Positions 9,381-18,923 of a DNA stretch of 64,000 nucleotides are shown one piece after another. Below the pieces are notes generated by a model, which was not told the DNA's origin, did no database searches, and saw only the letters and a list, made by a program, of their open reading frames with translations. Position 1 is the stretch's first letter, and each line of letters starts with the position of its first letter. This DNA comes from Nitrospirales bacterium (GTDB taxonomy: Bacteria > Nitrospirota > Nitrospiria > Nitrospirales > NS-4). The DNA is taken from NCBI GenBank assembly GCA_036505795.1, contig DASXSU010000095.1:18242-82241 (forward strand), in the 5' to 3' direction. The translations under genes were made by a program, and so were the position numbers.

Positions 9381-9896
9381 TCAAGAGGTGAGCTGCGCGG
9401 TGCGCAACGCGCAATCGCGCGCGACGGTCAGCAGATCGCCGTAGCGATCCTGGGTGTGGATCTGCATCGCCACCGGTGGTGGAATGGGGACTGTCACCGA
9501 TGCGGGTGGCAATGGCTCAACCAAATCCCGCGCGATGAAACGATAAACCGTGCCGTCTTTGAGCCGCAGCACCCACCGTAGGGAAGTGGCATACCAAGCC
9601 AACGTGGACTGATAAAACCGCGTAGGCGTACTGGTATGCGCCCGACTGGAGTTATAGAAGTTTGTCCCGGCAGTTCGCAGGTATCTGATGCGGCCGCCAT
9701 CCGGCAGGATCAAACGCACTTCGCTGCATGGATCATTGCGCAGCAAGCAGAGTTCATAGCTATGCGTGGCACCGATGCCGAACGCCCGTGGCACTGGATC
9801 CAGCGTGCGATAGGCGCTCGTCAGTATCGAAATCACGATCCCGCCCGCTTGCTTGTTCATAGGTCCTCCTGATTGTTGGCCCTGCAGTAAATGCAT
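9381..9896 (-). pseudogene. Rhs/YD-repeat protein fragment (N-terminal core piece only)
   Basis: The 171-aa ORF (likely ATG at 9860) contains FGIGATHSYELCLL...VRLILPDGGRIRYL...WVLRLKDGTVYRF...IHTQDRYGDLLTVARD. That is the FGxGWxHSY / PDG / KDGT / DRxGN spacing found at the start of Rhs cores. It has no N-terminal secretion region, repeat shell or toxin tip. The flanks leave room for only about 100-150 bp more. Confidence 0.5.
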
Positions 9897-10049
9897 GCAG
9901 TCACAGACTCGCCTCTTATACGCCAGTGAAGATGTCCAGTCTGTTCACTATTGCTCACACCTACCGAAGAGGAGGGGTCTTGCCTAACTTATAAAGTGGA
10001 CGCTAAGGGTATAGGTTTCACGGTCCGTGCTGCGAACGACACGCTGGGA

Positions 10050-12980
10050 TCAGTGGTCCTCACGGCGCGTCCCCTCCGGGTTCGGCAAGGAGTCCGGATT
10101 GCGCTCCAGCCTTACCGGCAAATTGACCAAAAAGGTCGTGCCCTTCCCGATTTCGCTTTTGACTTCAATATATCCGCCATGGGCAACGATAATCCGCTGA
10201 CAGATAGGCAGACCCAGGCCCGTGCCTTCGCGCTCTTTGCTTTCGTGTTTGGTGGTAAAAAAGGGCACAAAAATGTTGTCCAGCGTCTCCGGCGGCATGC
10301 CGCATCCGGTGTCCGTGATCTCGATCTGCACCCATATGCCGTCCGGCTTCATTAGAGGACAGGTTTTCGTGATGATCTGGCCGACTCCAGCTGGCTCCAT
10401 AGCATCGAGGGAGTTGATGTACAGATTCCCCAGCACCTGACGCATTTGCTGGCTATCCATCCAGACATGCGGGAGGTTTTCGGCCAATTCCGTGCAGAGG
10501 GCCACGCCCTGGCTTTGGGCCCTGGCTTCGATCGCGAGCTGCGAGGCGGCGACCAGGTCATTGAGGTTCTCCTCTTGCCGCTGGGGCTCATGGAGACGCG
10601 CAAACCCCAAGACCTCCCCTGAGAGCCGTTCAATGCGGGCAGAATCGTTCATCACGACCTTGCGGAACTCTTCCATAAATTCTGGATCGTCCTTTCGCAT
10701 CGGCACGAGTTCCAGAAACGTGTTGATGGAGACCAGCGGATTACGGATCTCATGCGCAAAGCCGCCGGCAATCGTCTCGAAGGCGTGCGCGCGCTCATCG
10801 TGCTTCTCGCGGCGCTGCACGTCCTTCTCCAGCTGATGGAACGCTGCATTCTCAAAAGCGCTCGCGGCACTTGCCGCCAGAATCGACAAATTCTTAAGAT
10901 CCTCGTGCGTATACATCCCGCGATTCGGCTTCGGCCCCAGATTGATAAAGCCGATTAGAAGGCCTTGATTTTGGAGCGGTAGACATAACTCTGCTTCCAG
11001 GTCATCCAGTGTCCCGATGATGCGTTTGCTGAAGACGCCGGGTGTATCACCCCTTCGCTCCAATTCCTCTTTCAGGATGGCTTGAGACCTCTCCTGAAGG
11101 TACTGGGGTAAAAGTTCTTTAGCGCTGATCGTGACGGCTTTCAGCCGAGGCTTATTAATACCGTGGACAGCGGCCAAGATATACTCGTCCTTTTCCTTAT
11201 CGAGCAGAAAGATCGAAATCTTTCCAATGCCCAGAGCCTCGGAGAGGATGGAGACGGTTTTCGCCGTTAAGGCCTTTAATTCCAGGATGCTCCTCATGGC
11301 GGTACTGAAGGCATTCAGGGCATCGTAGGTATTGTGTTGGTGAGGGAACAAGGCCTTGCCGACTACTTGCTCCATTCCTTTGCGGACATTCACCAGCAGC
11401 TCGGCCAACACTATGAGAATGGTCAACAGCACACCCGCGAGGAGATAGTAGGTCGTCCCGGTAAAGATCCATACCACGCCGAGAATGACGAAGTAGGCCG
11501 GGGTCAGAGCGAGCGCTTGAGCGTATGGAAGCACGTCCGTCCTTGGAAGCCAAGGGCTCTCCAGAAATTCATACGCCACGATCGCATACATGACGATACT
11601 GATCCAGAGACCGACAAATACAAATCCAATGGGATAGAACTCCGCCCCGTAGGCTTGCGCGAAGTCAATGGACGCGAGATAGCCGATGGCAAAGGCCACC
11701 AAAACATATTTAATTCTCGTGGCCTCTGCGGGGGCATCGGCCGTTTTGGCCTTAAACCCGCGATACAATGCAAGCAGCGAGAGCCCACTCACCGTACCGA
11801 AATACCCAAGAAAGAGGGGATACAGCGCGCCAGCCTTTAAATAGACCCCCCAGTCATGCACATAGCGACCGCTGATTAGGTAATCAGTCGGAATGAGCGC
11901 TAGGAAGCCGGTGCTGATTATGTACTGTACGACGACGCTTATCTTCTCGTCAGAACGTTTCAGAAACCTCATACAGAAATGATAAAAGAGGGCTGGAATG
12001 AAGACGACCCCCACATAGGCCATTTTTCCCCACAGGACCGCCTCCCCTTCCTGTGGTGAAGAGAACATCATGAAGATGCTGAACAACCAGATGCAGACGC
12101 CGGCGCAGAGCAGCCCAAAAGTGAGGTTGACATCATTTCGCGGATTCTTCAGCACAATCCAGAGGCCGCAGCCAAAGACAAAAGACGCAGCCACCAACGG
12201 CGGGATCGCATAAGCGGTGGCGCGATGGCTGACCGCGACAGTTAGAAAGACCGGGACCAGCAGTGCGCCGAGGAGCAGCGCATATGTAAGTCCCTTTTGG
12301 AATACTACCGTAATGTCCATCAACCGATAACGGGCAATGGCATACGTCGTGATGATTGGATACGCCATGATCCCGAAGTTTCCGTACGGATATAAATCAA
12401 TCTTGAAGATGGGCAAGTAGTCGAGCGAGCCTGTGCCGTAGGCTAAGGCGAAGGCTATAAAGAAATACTTAAACTGGTTGCGCTTTATACCTGAAGCATG
12501 ACGATACAGTCTAAAAACTTGGTAATGGGCATAAATAACGAGCCATGCCCACCAACAGAAGAAGAGAACAAATAATGCGGATCCTGGCACCGCGTAATAA
12601 AATGCTGCAAAAAGAAATCGCACATTTCCAAAAAACAATGATGAGAAACCGATGAGAGGAAAGAGCAGCGTTGCGATTATATAGTTAATGACAACGAGCT
12701 TCCTTTGGGTTAGCGCACAAAAAATGGTCACAAAGTGGTAGAAGAAAACCGGTATCCAAACGACGCCAAAGGCAAAAGAGAAGCGCCAGGCCAACAGGGC
12801 TTGGTGCGGATCCTTCTCCAGGGCAATCCATGTCGCGCCGATGCCCCAGACAGCGACGGACGCAGTAAACAGCAACCATAGTCTGTTTAACTTGGCTCGT
12901 TTGTCCTGCGCGAGGACAAAGAGTCCCATAGCCAGAGAGCTGGCGGCTGTTAAAAGTCCCGATAGTGCAAAGGCATTCAT
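10050..12980 (-). CDS. sensor histidine kinase: tandem 7TM sensor modules, GAF, HisKA, HATPase_c
   Basis: 976 aa. About 480 aa of membrane domain consist of two collinear 7TM modules. A GAF-like region (ISIFLLDKEKDEYILAAVHG...LPLQNQGLLIGFINLG) follows, then the H-box FAHEIRNPL and ATPase motifs (ITDTGCGMP, GTGLGLPICQRIIVAHGG). Confidence 0.9.
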   Translation of the reverse strand: MNAFALSGLLTAASSLAMGLFVLAQDKRAKLNRLWLLFTASVAVWGIGATWIALEKDPHQALLAWRFSFAFGVVWIPVFFYHFVTIFCALTQRKLVVINYIIATLLFPLIGFSSLFFGNVRFLFAAFYYAVPGSALFVLFFCWWAWLVIYAHYQVFRLYRHASGIKRNQFKYFFIAFALAYGTGSLDYLPIFKIDLYPYGNFGIMAYPIITTYAIARYRLMDITVVFQKGLTYALLLGALLVPVFLTVAVSHRATAYAIPPLVAASFVFGCGLWIVLKNPRNDVNLTFGLLCAGVCIWLFSIFMMFSSPQEGEAVLWGKMAYVGVVFIPALFYHFCMRFLKRSDEKISVVVQYIISTGFLALIPTDYLISGRYVHDWGVYLKAGALYPLFLGYFGTVSGLSLLALYRGFKAKTADAPAEATRIKYVLVAFAIGYLASIDFAQAYGAEFYPIGFVFVGLWISIVMYAIVAYEFLESPWLPRTDVLPYAQALALTPAYFVILGVVWIFTGTTYYLLAGVLLTILIVLAELLVNVRKGMEQVVGKALFPHQHNTYDALNAFSTAMRSILELKALTAKTVSILSEALGIGKISIFLLDKEKDEYILAAVHGINKPRLKAVTISAKELLPQYLQERSQAILKEELERRGDTPGVFSKRIIGTLDDLEAELCLPLQNQGLLIGFINLGPKPNRGMYTHEDLKNLSILAASAASAFENAAFHQLEKDVQRREKHDERAHAFETIAGGFAHEIRNPLVSINTFLELVPMRKDDPEFMEEFRKVVMNDSARIERLSGEVLGFARLHEPQRQEENLNDLVAASQLAIEARAQSQGVALCTELAENLPHVWMDSQQMRQVLGNLYINSLDAMEPAGVGQIITKTCPLMKPDGIWVQIEITDTGCGMPPETLDNIFVPFFTTKHESKEREGTGLGLPICQRIIVAHGGYIEVKSEIGKGTTFLVNLPVRLERNPDSLPNPEGTRREDH

Positions 12981-13200
12981 GTACGCGATAGCTTCCCTAC
13001 ATAGTAGGGCTCAGAGTGGCAGGATTCAGGGCAGATCGTGGCTGCAATTGGATTACATGGAAGCGATATCAAGCCTATCAAGTGGCAATAGTAACGCGAA
13101 GGGCCTCCGAGGTAAAGTCCGATTGCCAGATATTCCGTGTTGCAGTCGTGGAGAGGGCAAGCGTTCGTTCTAAAGCTCAGCCCTCTCCGACGACCTCAAG

Positions 13201-14481
13201 CTATACGAGATGAACTCTGTGTTCTCCCTTCCGAGAGCCGGAGCCATAAAACGCGTAACAAGCCTCTAAGGCAAGAAAGAGGTATTCCAGGCTCCGTTGA
13301 GCAGCATGGGTCACTTTTTGTTGGATCTCTGAAGTGGTCGCGTGGAGTTTCATAATCTCCAGCGCCTGATATGGATGCAGATCATCATATGCAGAATGAG
13401 CTTCCATCCACATATAGGCTCGCTTGTCTAAGAGGACCCCATCCTGACCTTGGTATTTCATAAATCCCTTGACCATGATGGTGGCGATGCCTTGCGTGAC
13501 GCCTTCAATTGCATAGTTCGTCGCCGCCACAGCCTCGACAAAGCTACCTCTGTTGGTGATCGACCACATCCAATGTGTCAGAGCTTCGACTTCGAGAATA
13601 ACCGGCGTTGTAAATAAGTCTTCTTTGGGTACGCCGAATCCCTTGGCCATATCAATCCATTGATCCGCATGTCGCTTTTCGACTCGCAGATTATCGATTA
13701 AAAACCCTCGAGACATTGGATCAGTAGCTTTGGCTAGGTACGTGGCCATGAACTGGGGAAAGAGCTCGATGAATGGGTAAAACTGAATACTCCATCCTTT
13801 GACCTGTTCCAGAGACAGAGCGCCGCTTGCTGTTTCCTGTACCAATTGTGATTCCCAAATCGCTTGGCGGTACGGCGCCAGATAGTGGTCCATTTCCAGC
13901 ACCCAGGCCGGATCGGGAGTGAACTTCCGGTTTTTCTTCTTTTGCCGCGGAAGAACCTGCTCGGGGCTAGTCGAAAATGTCGTGTCATCGCTGACACTCG
14001 AGGTTCCATGTACAGCAGCCTCGAGGGCAAGACTGTCGGTGGAAATATGAATGGCGAGAAACGCTTTCCCCAGGGCTTCGGCGTTAGTCGTGAGCTCGGT
14101 GACCGCAGAGACCAACAGGGTAGTTTCCCACTCTCTTAAAGCAGCAAATTTTATTCCGGTCATATAGCCCACGGAGGTGTCGCTAGGTCTGCAATAGACG
14201 ACCTGCCCTACCACATGTAGCTGAGCGGCCCCACCTAAACAACAGCGCAGCATGAGCGGAGTGCCGGGAGCCAAACAGACCTCCGACATAAGTCTGAGGC
14301 CTGTCGCGCTAATATTTACGGTATGACCCGGTACGCCGCCTTCCCATCTCTCAAGGCGAAGCTCGATCTGGAGATCGTCCCGCTGGTACGATCGTCGTTC
14401 AACGCCGGCATAAGGCTCTTGCAGCATAACACTCCCTGTTAAAGACGCGGCCTCGCCGTTGGACTTGTGTGTTGAATACAT
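13201..14481 (-). CDS. PilZ domain fused to a heme-oxygenase-like (TenA/PqqC/UndA-type) putative diiron oxidase
   Basis: 426 aa. PilZ motifs are R30-SYQ-R34 (RxxxR) and N56-ISATG (D/NxSxxG). In the C-terminal helical domain I see E268-KR-H271 (ExxH), E326 (AIEGVTQ) and H362-SAY-D366-DL-H369 (HxxxDxxH). That is the ligand spacing I recall for UndA/CADD-type enzymes. Confidence 0.7.
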   Translation of the reverse strand: MYSTHKSNGEAASLTGSVMLQEPYAGVERRSYQRDDLQIELRLERWEGGVPGHTVNISATGLRLMSEVCLAPGTPLMLRCCLGGAAQLHVVGQVVYCRPSDTSVGYMTGIKFAALREWETTLLVSAVTELTTNAEALGKAFLAIHISTDSLALEAAVHGTSSVSDDTTFSTSPEQVLPRQKKKNRKFTPDPAWVLEMDHYLAPYRQAIWESQLVQETASGALSLEQVKGWSIQFYPFIELFPQFMATYLAKATDPMSRGFLIDNLRVEKRHADQWIDMAKGFGVPKEDLFTTPVILEVEALTHWMWSITNRGSFVEAVAATNYAIEGVTQGIATIMVKGFMKYQGQDGVLLDKRAYMWMEAHSAYDDLHPYQALEIMKLHATTSEIQQKVTHAAQRSLEYLFLALEACYAFYGSGSRKGEHRVHLV

Positions 14482-14938
14482 GGCGTACCTCTTTTCCTGG
14501 TCTGAATGCTCCCAACAAAAAGGAGACTATGGGAATGGGTAAAGTGCGTTCTTAGAAAGTTTCCCCAGAACGACCGAGAAAACGCTCGGGGGATGCGCAG
14601 GTACCGAAGCATAGTCTCTGAGGAATCCCTTTGCAACGTAAATTCGTAGGCAAAGGCTCTTAAAAGAAAAGTAAAAGAGGTAATTACCAACGAAGGAGGA
14701 ACACAGGATGCACTTTGATGACCCTCCGCCATGAGAAGCAATTTCGTGTCAGCTACGTCCTGAGTACGTAGCCGTTGTCGGTCCTCGGAGCGCATAAGGG
14801 TAATCGCTCGCTAACAGAATACCGTAGAGCCTAGCACCGTACGTAAGACTTTCGCAAGACCCCCTGCACCACAAGTTCTAAAGTAGTATCAGTAAGGATA
14901 CACGCACCCCAACCAGTGGTGTCCTCAATTCCATACAG

Positions 14939-17548
14939 CTAGGAGATACGGCGACTGATTCGTGACAGGCGATCGGGATAAGCGGCCTCGGCTGGGATGG
15001 AGGCAGTCGCCGCCATCGATCCCGATTTTGCGGCCACTGCAATATAGGCTTGGTTGGCAAAGGTGGTAAAAATCTGGACTTGCTCCGCGCCGCCGCTCAA
15101 AAGAAGCATCGCGAACTCCTGGCGGTCGAAAGAGCGAAAGCGTCCCTCGCTTTCCGCCTGCCGGAGATGGCCTGAATTATTCAGGAGCTCTCGAGCTTCA
15201 CCAATATCCTCGGTGGTCTCCGCGGTTCGAACGAAATTTCGATAGATCTGTGACAGGTCGGAGTTCGGTTTTAGGTTGGTCAGAATCAGCTTGCCGCCGG
15301 GACTCAGCACTCGCAGGAATTCACTGATCGTGAATGACGCGTCATCCAGATAGCCGAGGACAAGATTGCATACGACGCGATCAAACTCCCCGTTCGCAAA
15401 CGGCAGAGGCGCGTTCAAATTGCCACAGACAAAAGACGAGATCAGGTGCCGCTCCGGCGCAATCTGGTGAGGCCCCACCGGGGGAAGCGCCTGTTCCTGT
15501 AGCTCCAATTGAGCCTCTCGCAACGCAGCGGGCGCAACGTCCAGGCCCGTATACCGGATCAGCGGTACTCGACGGTCGTCCTTCAGGGCGCGATACTGCT
15601 GGTTCATCAGCAAGAACATGCCGAAATGTCCATTGCCGCAGCCCGCATCCAGTATACGCACTGCGGTTTCGCCGACTCCGAGATACCGGTACACGTGATC
15701 GAGCAGTTGCCAATAATCGTGCACATTCACGATGAAATGAGATCGACCGAGATACTCCTCCCAGAACTGAACATTCGTTGCCAACCCCATTTGGTAGTGC
15801 GCCCGCCCACGTTCCCGCTCCAAGCGACCCTGCTGAGCAATTTGGCCGGCAGCGGGCTCACGAATAATGGAACCTGGAATCTGTTCACCGAGCCGCCTCG
15901 CGCAGAGAGCGACAATCTCTCGAAACGTGGCGCGTGCCTTCCTCGGGTTTTCTGCCAGGCGATGAAGCGCCTCGGGAATCACCACCAACTCGCCCAACTC
16001 TGGGCCGATCGCGGTGATCACCTGTTTCACAGAATGCATGTCGACCCAGGCATCATGTTCGGCGGCGAACAAGGCGATCGGAACTTTGATGCCTGCAATG
16101 TCTCGTATCGTCGAAGTCAGATCCGCATAACCCTCGGCCGCCGCATTCTCTAGCCAGCGGTCCGCCTGAATATTCAATCCCAGCATATTAATGACTCCGC
16201 AATGCGCGCCGAGAAGATAGTCCTCGATCAGATCCTGTTGGTGCACGGCGCGCAAAGTCTGCCGCACATCGACCACCCCCGCGATGATCACCCCGAGGTC
16301 CACGCGCCGATCATGCGCCATAATCTTTATGAGCACCCGGCCGGCCAGACTCGCCGCGATGACAACCACCGGGCTCTGCGGGCACTCCGCCTTAACATAG
16401 CCCAGCGCGCTTGCCAGATCACGGTGCATGCGACCCAGGGTGGACTGGGTCGGCGCCCCCTCGCTTTCCCCGACGTGATTAGTGTGATCGTAACGGAGAA
16501 CTTGAAAACCGTTACAGGCCAAATAATACGATAGCGCAATGTATTCTTTCTTTGTCTCGCCATACCCTGGGACGACAATAACAACAGGATTGCCGGGCAG
16601 CAGCTCGTTGGACCGATCAAAATAGGCCGCAATACGCTGTCCAAGCTCGTTACGGAATTCCAGCGGCGTGCTGGTAATGCTCACCGCCGGCGACTGGGCC
16701 TCGGAGACTTCCCTCGCGGTTATCGCATCCTGAACGAGTTGCGCTATAGGTTGGGAAGACTCATTCACCCCAGGAAAAAATTGAACGCCCATCAGGCCCG
16801 ATGCAGCCGAAGCCCACACTACTCGACCCGTCAGGTTATGCCCTTGCTGAGCGTCGGTCTTTGAGGAACCGCTGTCCAAGCCATGCGCTTCGGGAAGAAG
16901 ACGGAGATTGAGATCATCCCCGGGTACCGCATGCCCGTGATTTCTGAGTAACACTCCGGTCGCGCTCACATCACAAGCTTCCGTCTCGACAATCTCATGG
17001 GGACCGGACGCGTTCGCCTGACCGAGCGTGACGCGCATCTTCATGGTAAGGCGCTGAACAAGCCGTCTTTCCTGCGGCCCAGCTTTGTGATCTACGTGCG
17101 TGCTGTCCAGATCATCGGGGCGCCGGGCAACCAGCAAATCGGCCGCATTGGGAGGAGCGAGCAACCCGGTCACTGTGAGGGAAACGCAATCCCTCCTCAG
17201 CCCGTCCAGCAAAGACACAAAGAGTTGCTCCTTGAGCGGATCGAGCGCGGAGAACTCAACGCCCATCCTCAACAAAGGCGCTGATCCGGCATCAGTGCTA
17301 TGCGGCATGAGACCGCGCACACGCCCGGAGAGTTGAAACACGCCTCCTTCGGCTTCAAGGCTCAGCTGAATCGTCTGATTCTCGGCGACACTGATCATTT
17401 CTTCGAAGATAAGGGACAATCCACCCTCACTAATATCCCAGGTACTTCCACGCCACATCGCGTCGTTGAGAAATAAGGTGGCATCCGAAGAGAGCAGCGT
17501 GCGAGCGCTTTGGCGGCGATTTGGGCGCATCAAAATCCTCCTGGTCAT
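14939..17548 (-). CDS. four-domain fusion: PilZ, PilZ, LuxD-like acyltransferase/alpha-beta hydrolase, class I SAM-dependent methyltransferase
   Basis: 869 aa. PilZ-1 has R12-QSA-R16 and D38-ISEGG; PilZ-2 has R162-LVQ-R166 and D193-VSATG. The LuxD-like core is NGFQVLRYDHTNHVGESEG, VVVIAASLAGRV (Ser400), FAAEHDAWV (Asp499) and EALHRL (His529). Methyltransferase motif I is RILDAGCGNGHF (aa 631-642), with VVCNLVLGYLDD and LSPGGKLILTN. Confidence 0.75.
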   Translation of the reverse strand: MTRRILMRPNRRQSARTLLSSDATLFLNDAMWRGSTWDISEGGLSLIFEEMISVAENQTIQLSLEAEGGVFQLSGRVRGLMPHSTDAGSAPLLRMGVEFSALDPLKEQLFVSLLDGLRRDCVSLTVTGLLAPPNAADLLVARRPDDLDSTHVDHKAGPQERRLVQRLTMKMRVTLGQANASGPHEIVETEACDVSATGVLLRNHGHAVPGDDLNLRLLPEAHGLDSGSSKTDAQQGHNLTGRVVWASAASGLMGVQFFPGVNESSQPIAQLVQDAITAREVSEAQSPAVSITSTPLEFRNELGQRIAAYFDRSNELLPGNPVVIVVPGYGETKKEYIALSYYLACNGFQVLRYDHTNHVGESEGAPTQSTLGRMHRDLASALGYVKAECPQSPVVVIAASLAGRVLIKIMAHDRRVDLGVIIAGVVDVRQTLRAVHQQDLIEDYLLGAHCGVINMLGLNIQADRWLENAAAEGYADLTSTIRDIAGIKVPIALFAAEHDAWVDMHSVKQVITAIGPELGELVVIPEALHRLAENPRKARATFREIVALCARRLGEQIPGSIIREPAAGQIAQQGRLERERGRAHYQMGLATNVQFWEEYLGRSHFIVNVHDYWQLLDHVYRYLGVGETAVRILDAGCGNGHFGMFLLMNQQYRALKDDRRVPLIRYTGLDVAPAALREAQLELQEQALPPVGPHQIAPERHLISSFVCGNLNAPLPFANGEFDRVVCNLVLGYLDDASFTISEFLRVLSPGGKLILTNLKPNSDLSQIYRNFVRTAETTEDIGEARELLNNSGHLRQAESEGRFRSFDRQEFAMLLLSGGAEQVQIFTTFANQAYIAVAAKSGSMAATASIPAEAAYPDRLSRISRRIS

Positions 17549-17980
17549 GACATGGACTTGTTAGGGGGAAAGAGAAACCGACGCGATCTTCCCCGACAAC
17601 TGCCGCCTTTGAGAGTGCTCGGGGCAGGTCTCAGAGGAGAACCCTGCCGCGCGAGGTGTATCTGTAAGGGCAACTACAGGATACGCAAGATCACCGCCAT
17701 GTCATTGACGGGCCATCCACTGTCCAATCAAGGTCTTATAACTAGGTAAAATCATCCATACGGTTCCCGGCCAACAATTTCCGGCAAACCGCGGACAAAA
17801 TTTGGTTATGATCAAGGAAACGCGGAGGGTATTGCGTGGTGCGGGTGCGGTAGAGCTGTCTAGTCATGACAGGATCTATCACAACCGCTCAGTGAGGAAA
17901 CTTCTCAGAAAACAAACAAACGGAAGCAAGGAACTGGCCTACGGCAGACGAATTCTAGAGGCGGGAAAAGACCCTGTATA

Positions 17981-18817
17981 TCAAGAAGAGACGGTCGGAA
18001 GCTTTTGGGCGAATGGCTCGACGGCCTGAACGCGCCGTGCTGTGAGCCCGAAAATATCAGCATACGCGACGCCGAACATGCATCCGGCCAGCGCCGTCCC
18101 CAACCCCAGGCCCATCATGGCGCCGCTGGCCACGCCGATCATCATTCCCATATTGACGACGGCGCCGCTCTCGGAAGGACCAAATGGCAGATCACTTAAG
18201 CTGACCTCCGGATAATACTGACTGAGAACCGCGCCGAGGGGCAGACCAAGCATGAGACTAAAGACAGCCGTTCCTCCGGCCATTAAAGCCACCATGAGTC
18301 CCGTTAATCCAGCCACCTTCCACCAGTTCTTGTTGACGACCCGACGGCTGGTCTCCAGGGCCTGCCACACGCTGAACCCGCGATCAATGATCAACATATA
18401 CGCAAATGTGTACGCCACTATCAAATAGATGCCCGGTAGGACGAACAGCAGCAAGCCACCCGCGATGAGCAGCAATCCAACGATTGTGCATAGAATCAAA
18501 TGTCCGATGGTGTCCCAATCCGGGAAGAAATCCACGAAACTGATCGGATCACTTCGCATCTGTTTCCATACCGCCATGGCAATGCCGGCCATCATGATCA
18601 CCTGGACCAGGGCACTGAGAAATTGACCGTAGACGTGTCCAAGCACCAAGGGCGCCTGAGACGCCACGGTGAACAAAAGTGCGAAGCCGAGGAACCCGGT
18701 TGGATAACGCGTGAAAGTCCGCCATCCTTCTCTGAGGTATTCCATCGGCCTGATGTGGTATCCGTGCACGATCAACTCTTCGACTGGTTTAGGTTCTGTA
18801 ATAATACGGTCAGCCAT
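17981..18817 (-). CDS. polytopic membrane protein, unknown function
   Basis: 278 aa with multiple Gly/Ala/Leu-rich TM helices (LGFALLFTVASQAPLVL, LILCTIVGLLLIAGGLLLFVLPGIYLIVAYTF). I am not confident of any family assignment. Confidence 0.55.
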   Translation of the reverse strand: MADRIITEPKPVEELIVHGYHIRPMEYLREGWRTFTRYPTGFLGFALLFTVASQAPLVLGHVYGQFLSALVQVIMMAGIAMAVWKQMRSDPISFVDFFPDWDTIGHLILCTIVGLLLIAGGLLLFVLPGIYLIVAYTFAYMLIIDRGFSVWQALETSRRVVNKNWWKVAGLTGLMVALMAGGTAVFSLMLGLPLGAVLSQYYPEVSLSDLPFGPSESGAVVNMGMMIGVASGAMMGLGLGTALAGCMFGVAYADIFGLTARRVQAVEPFAQKLPTVSS

Positions 18818-18923
18818 TGGCGTTCCTTTCAGCCTGCTCCGGCGACTCGGCCGGCCACGTGTTCAATGTCACGGCGCCGACGCTCGCACCTCACGAGGAT
18901 ATGATTTAGAAAGAGAGCCGGGA

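Noticed and set aside
14482-14938. Possible c-di-GMP riboswitch upstream of the PilZ-diiron oxidase gene
   Set aside because: The idea is attractive given the PilZ context. By eye I found only one 7-bp hairpin and could not recognise the conserved GEMM-I/II core features. It needs a covariance-model scan, so no riboswitch is claimed.
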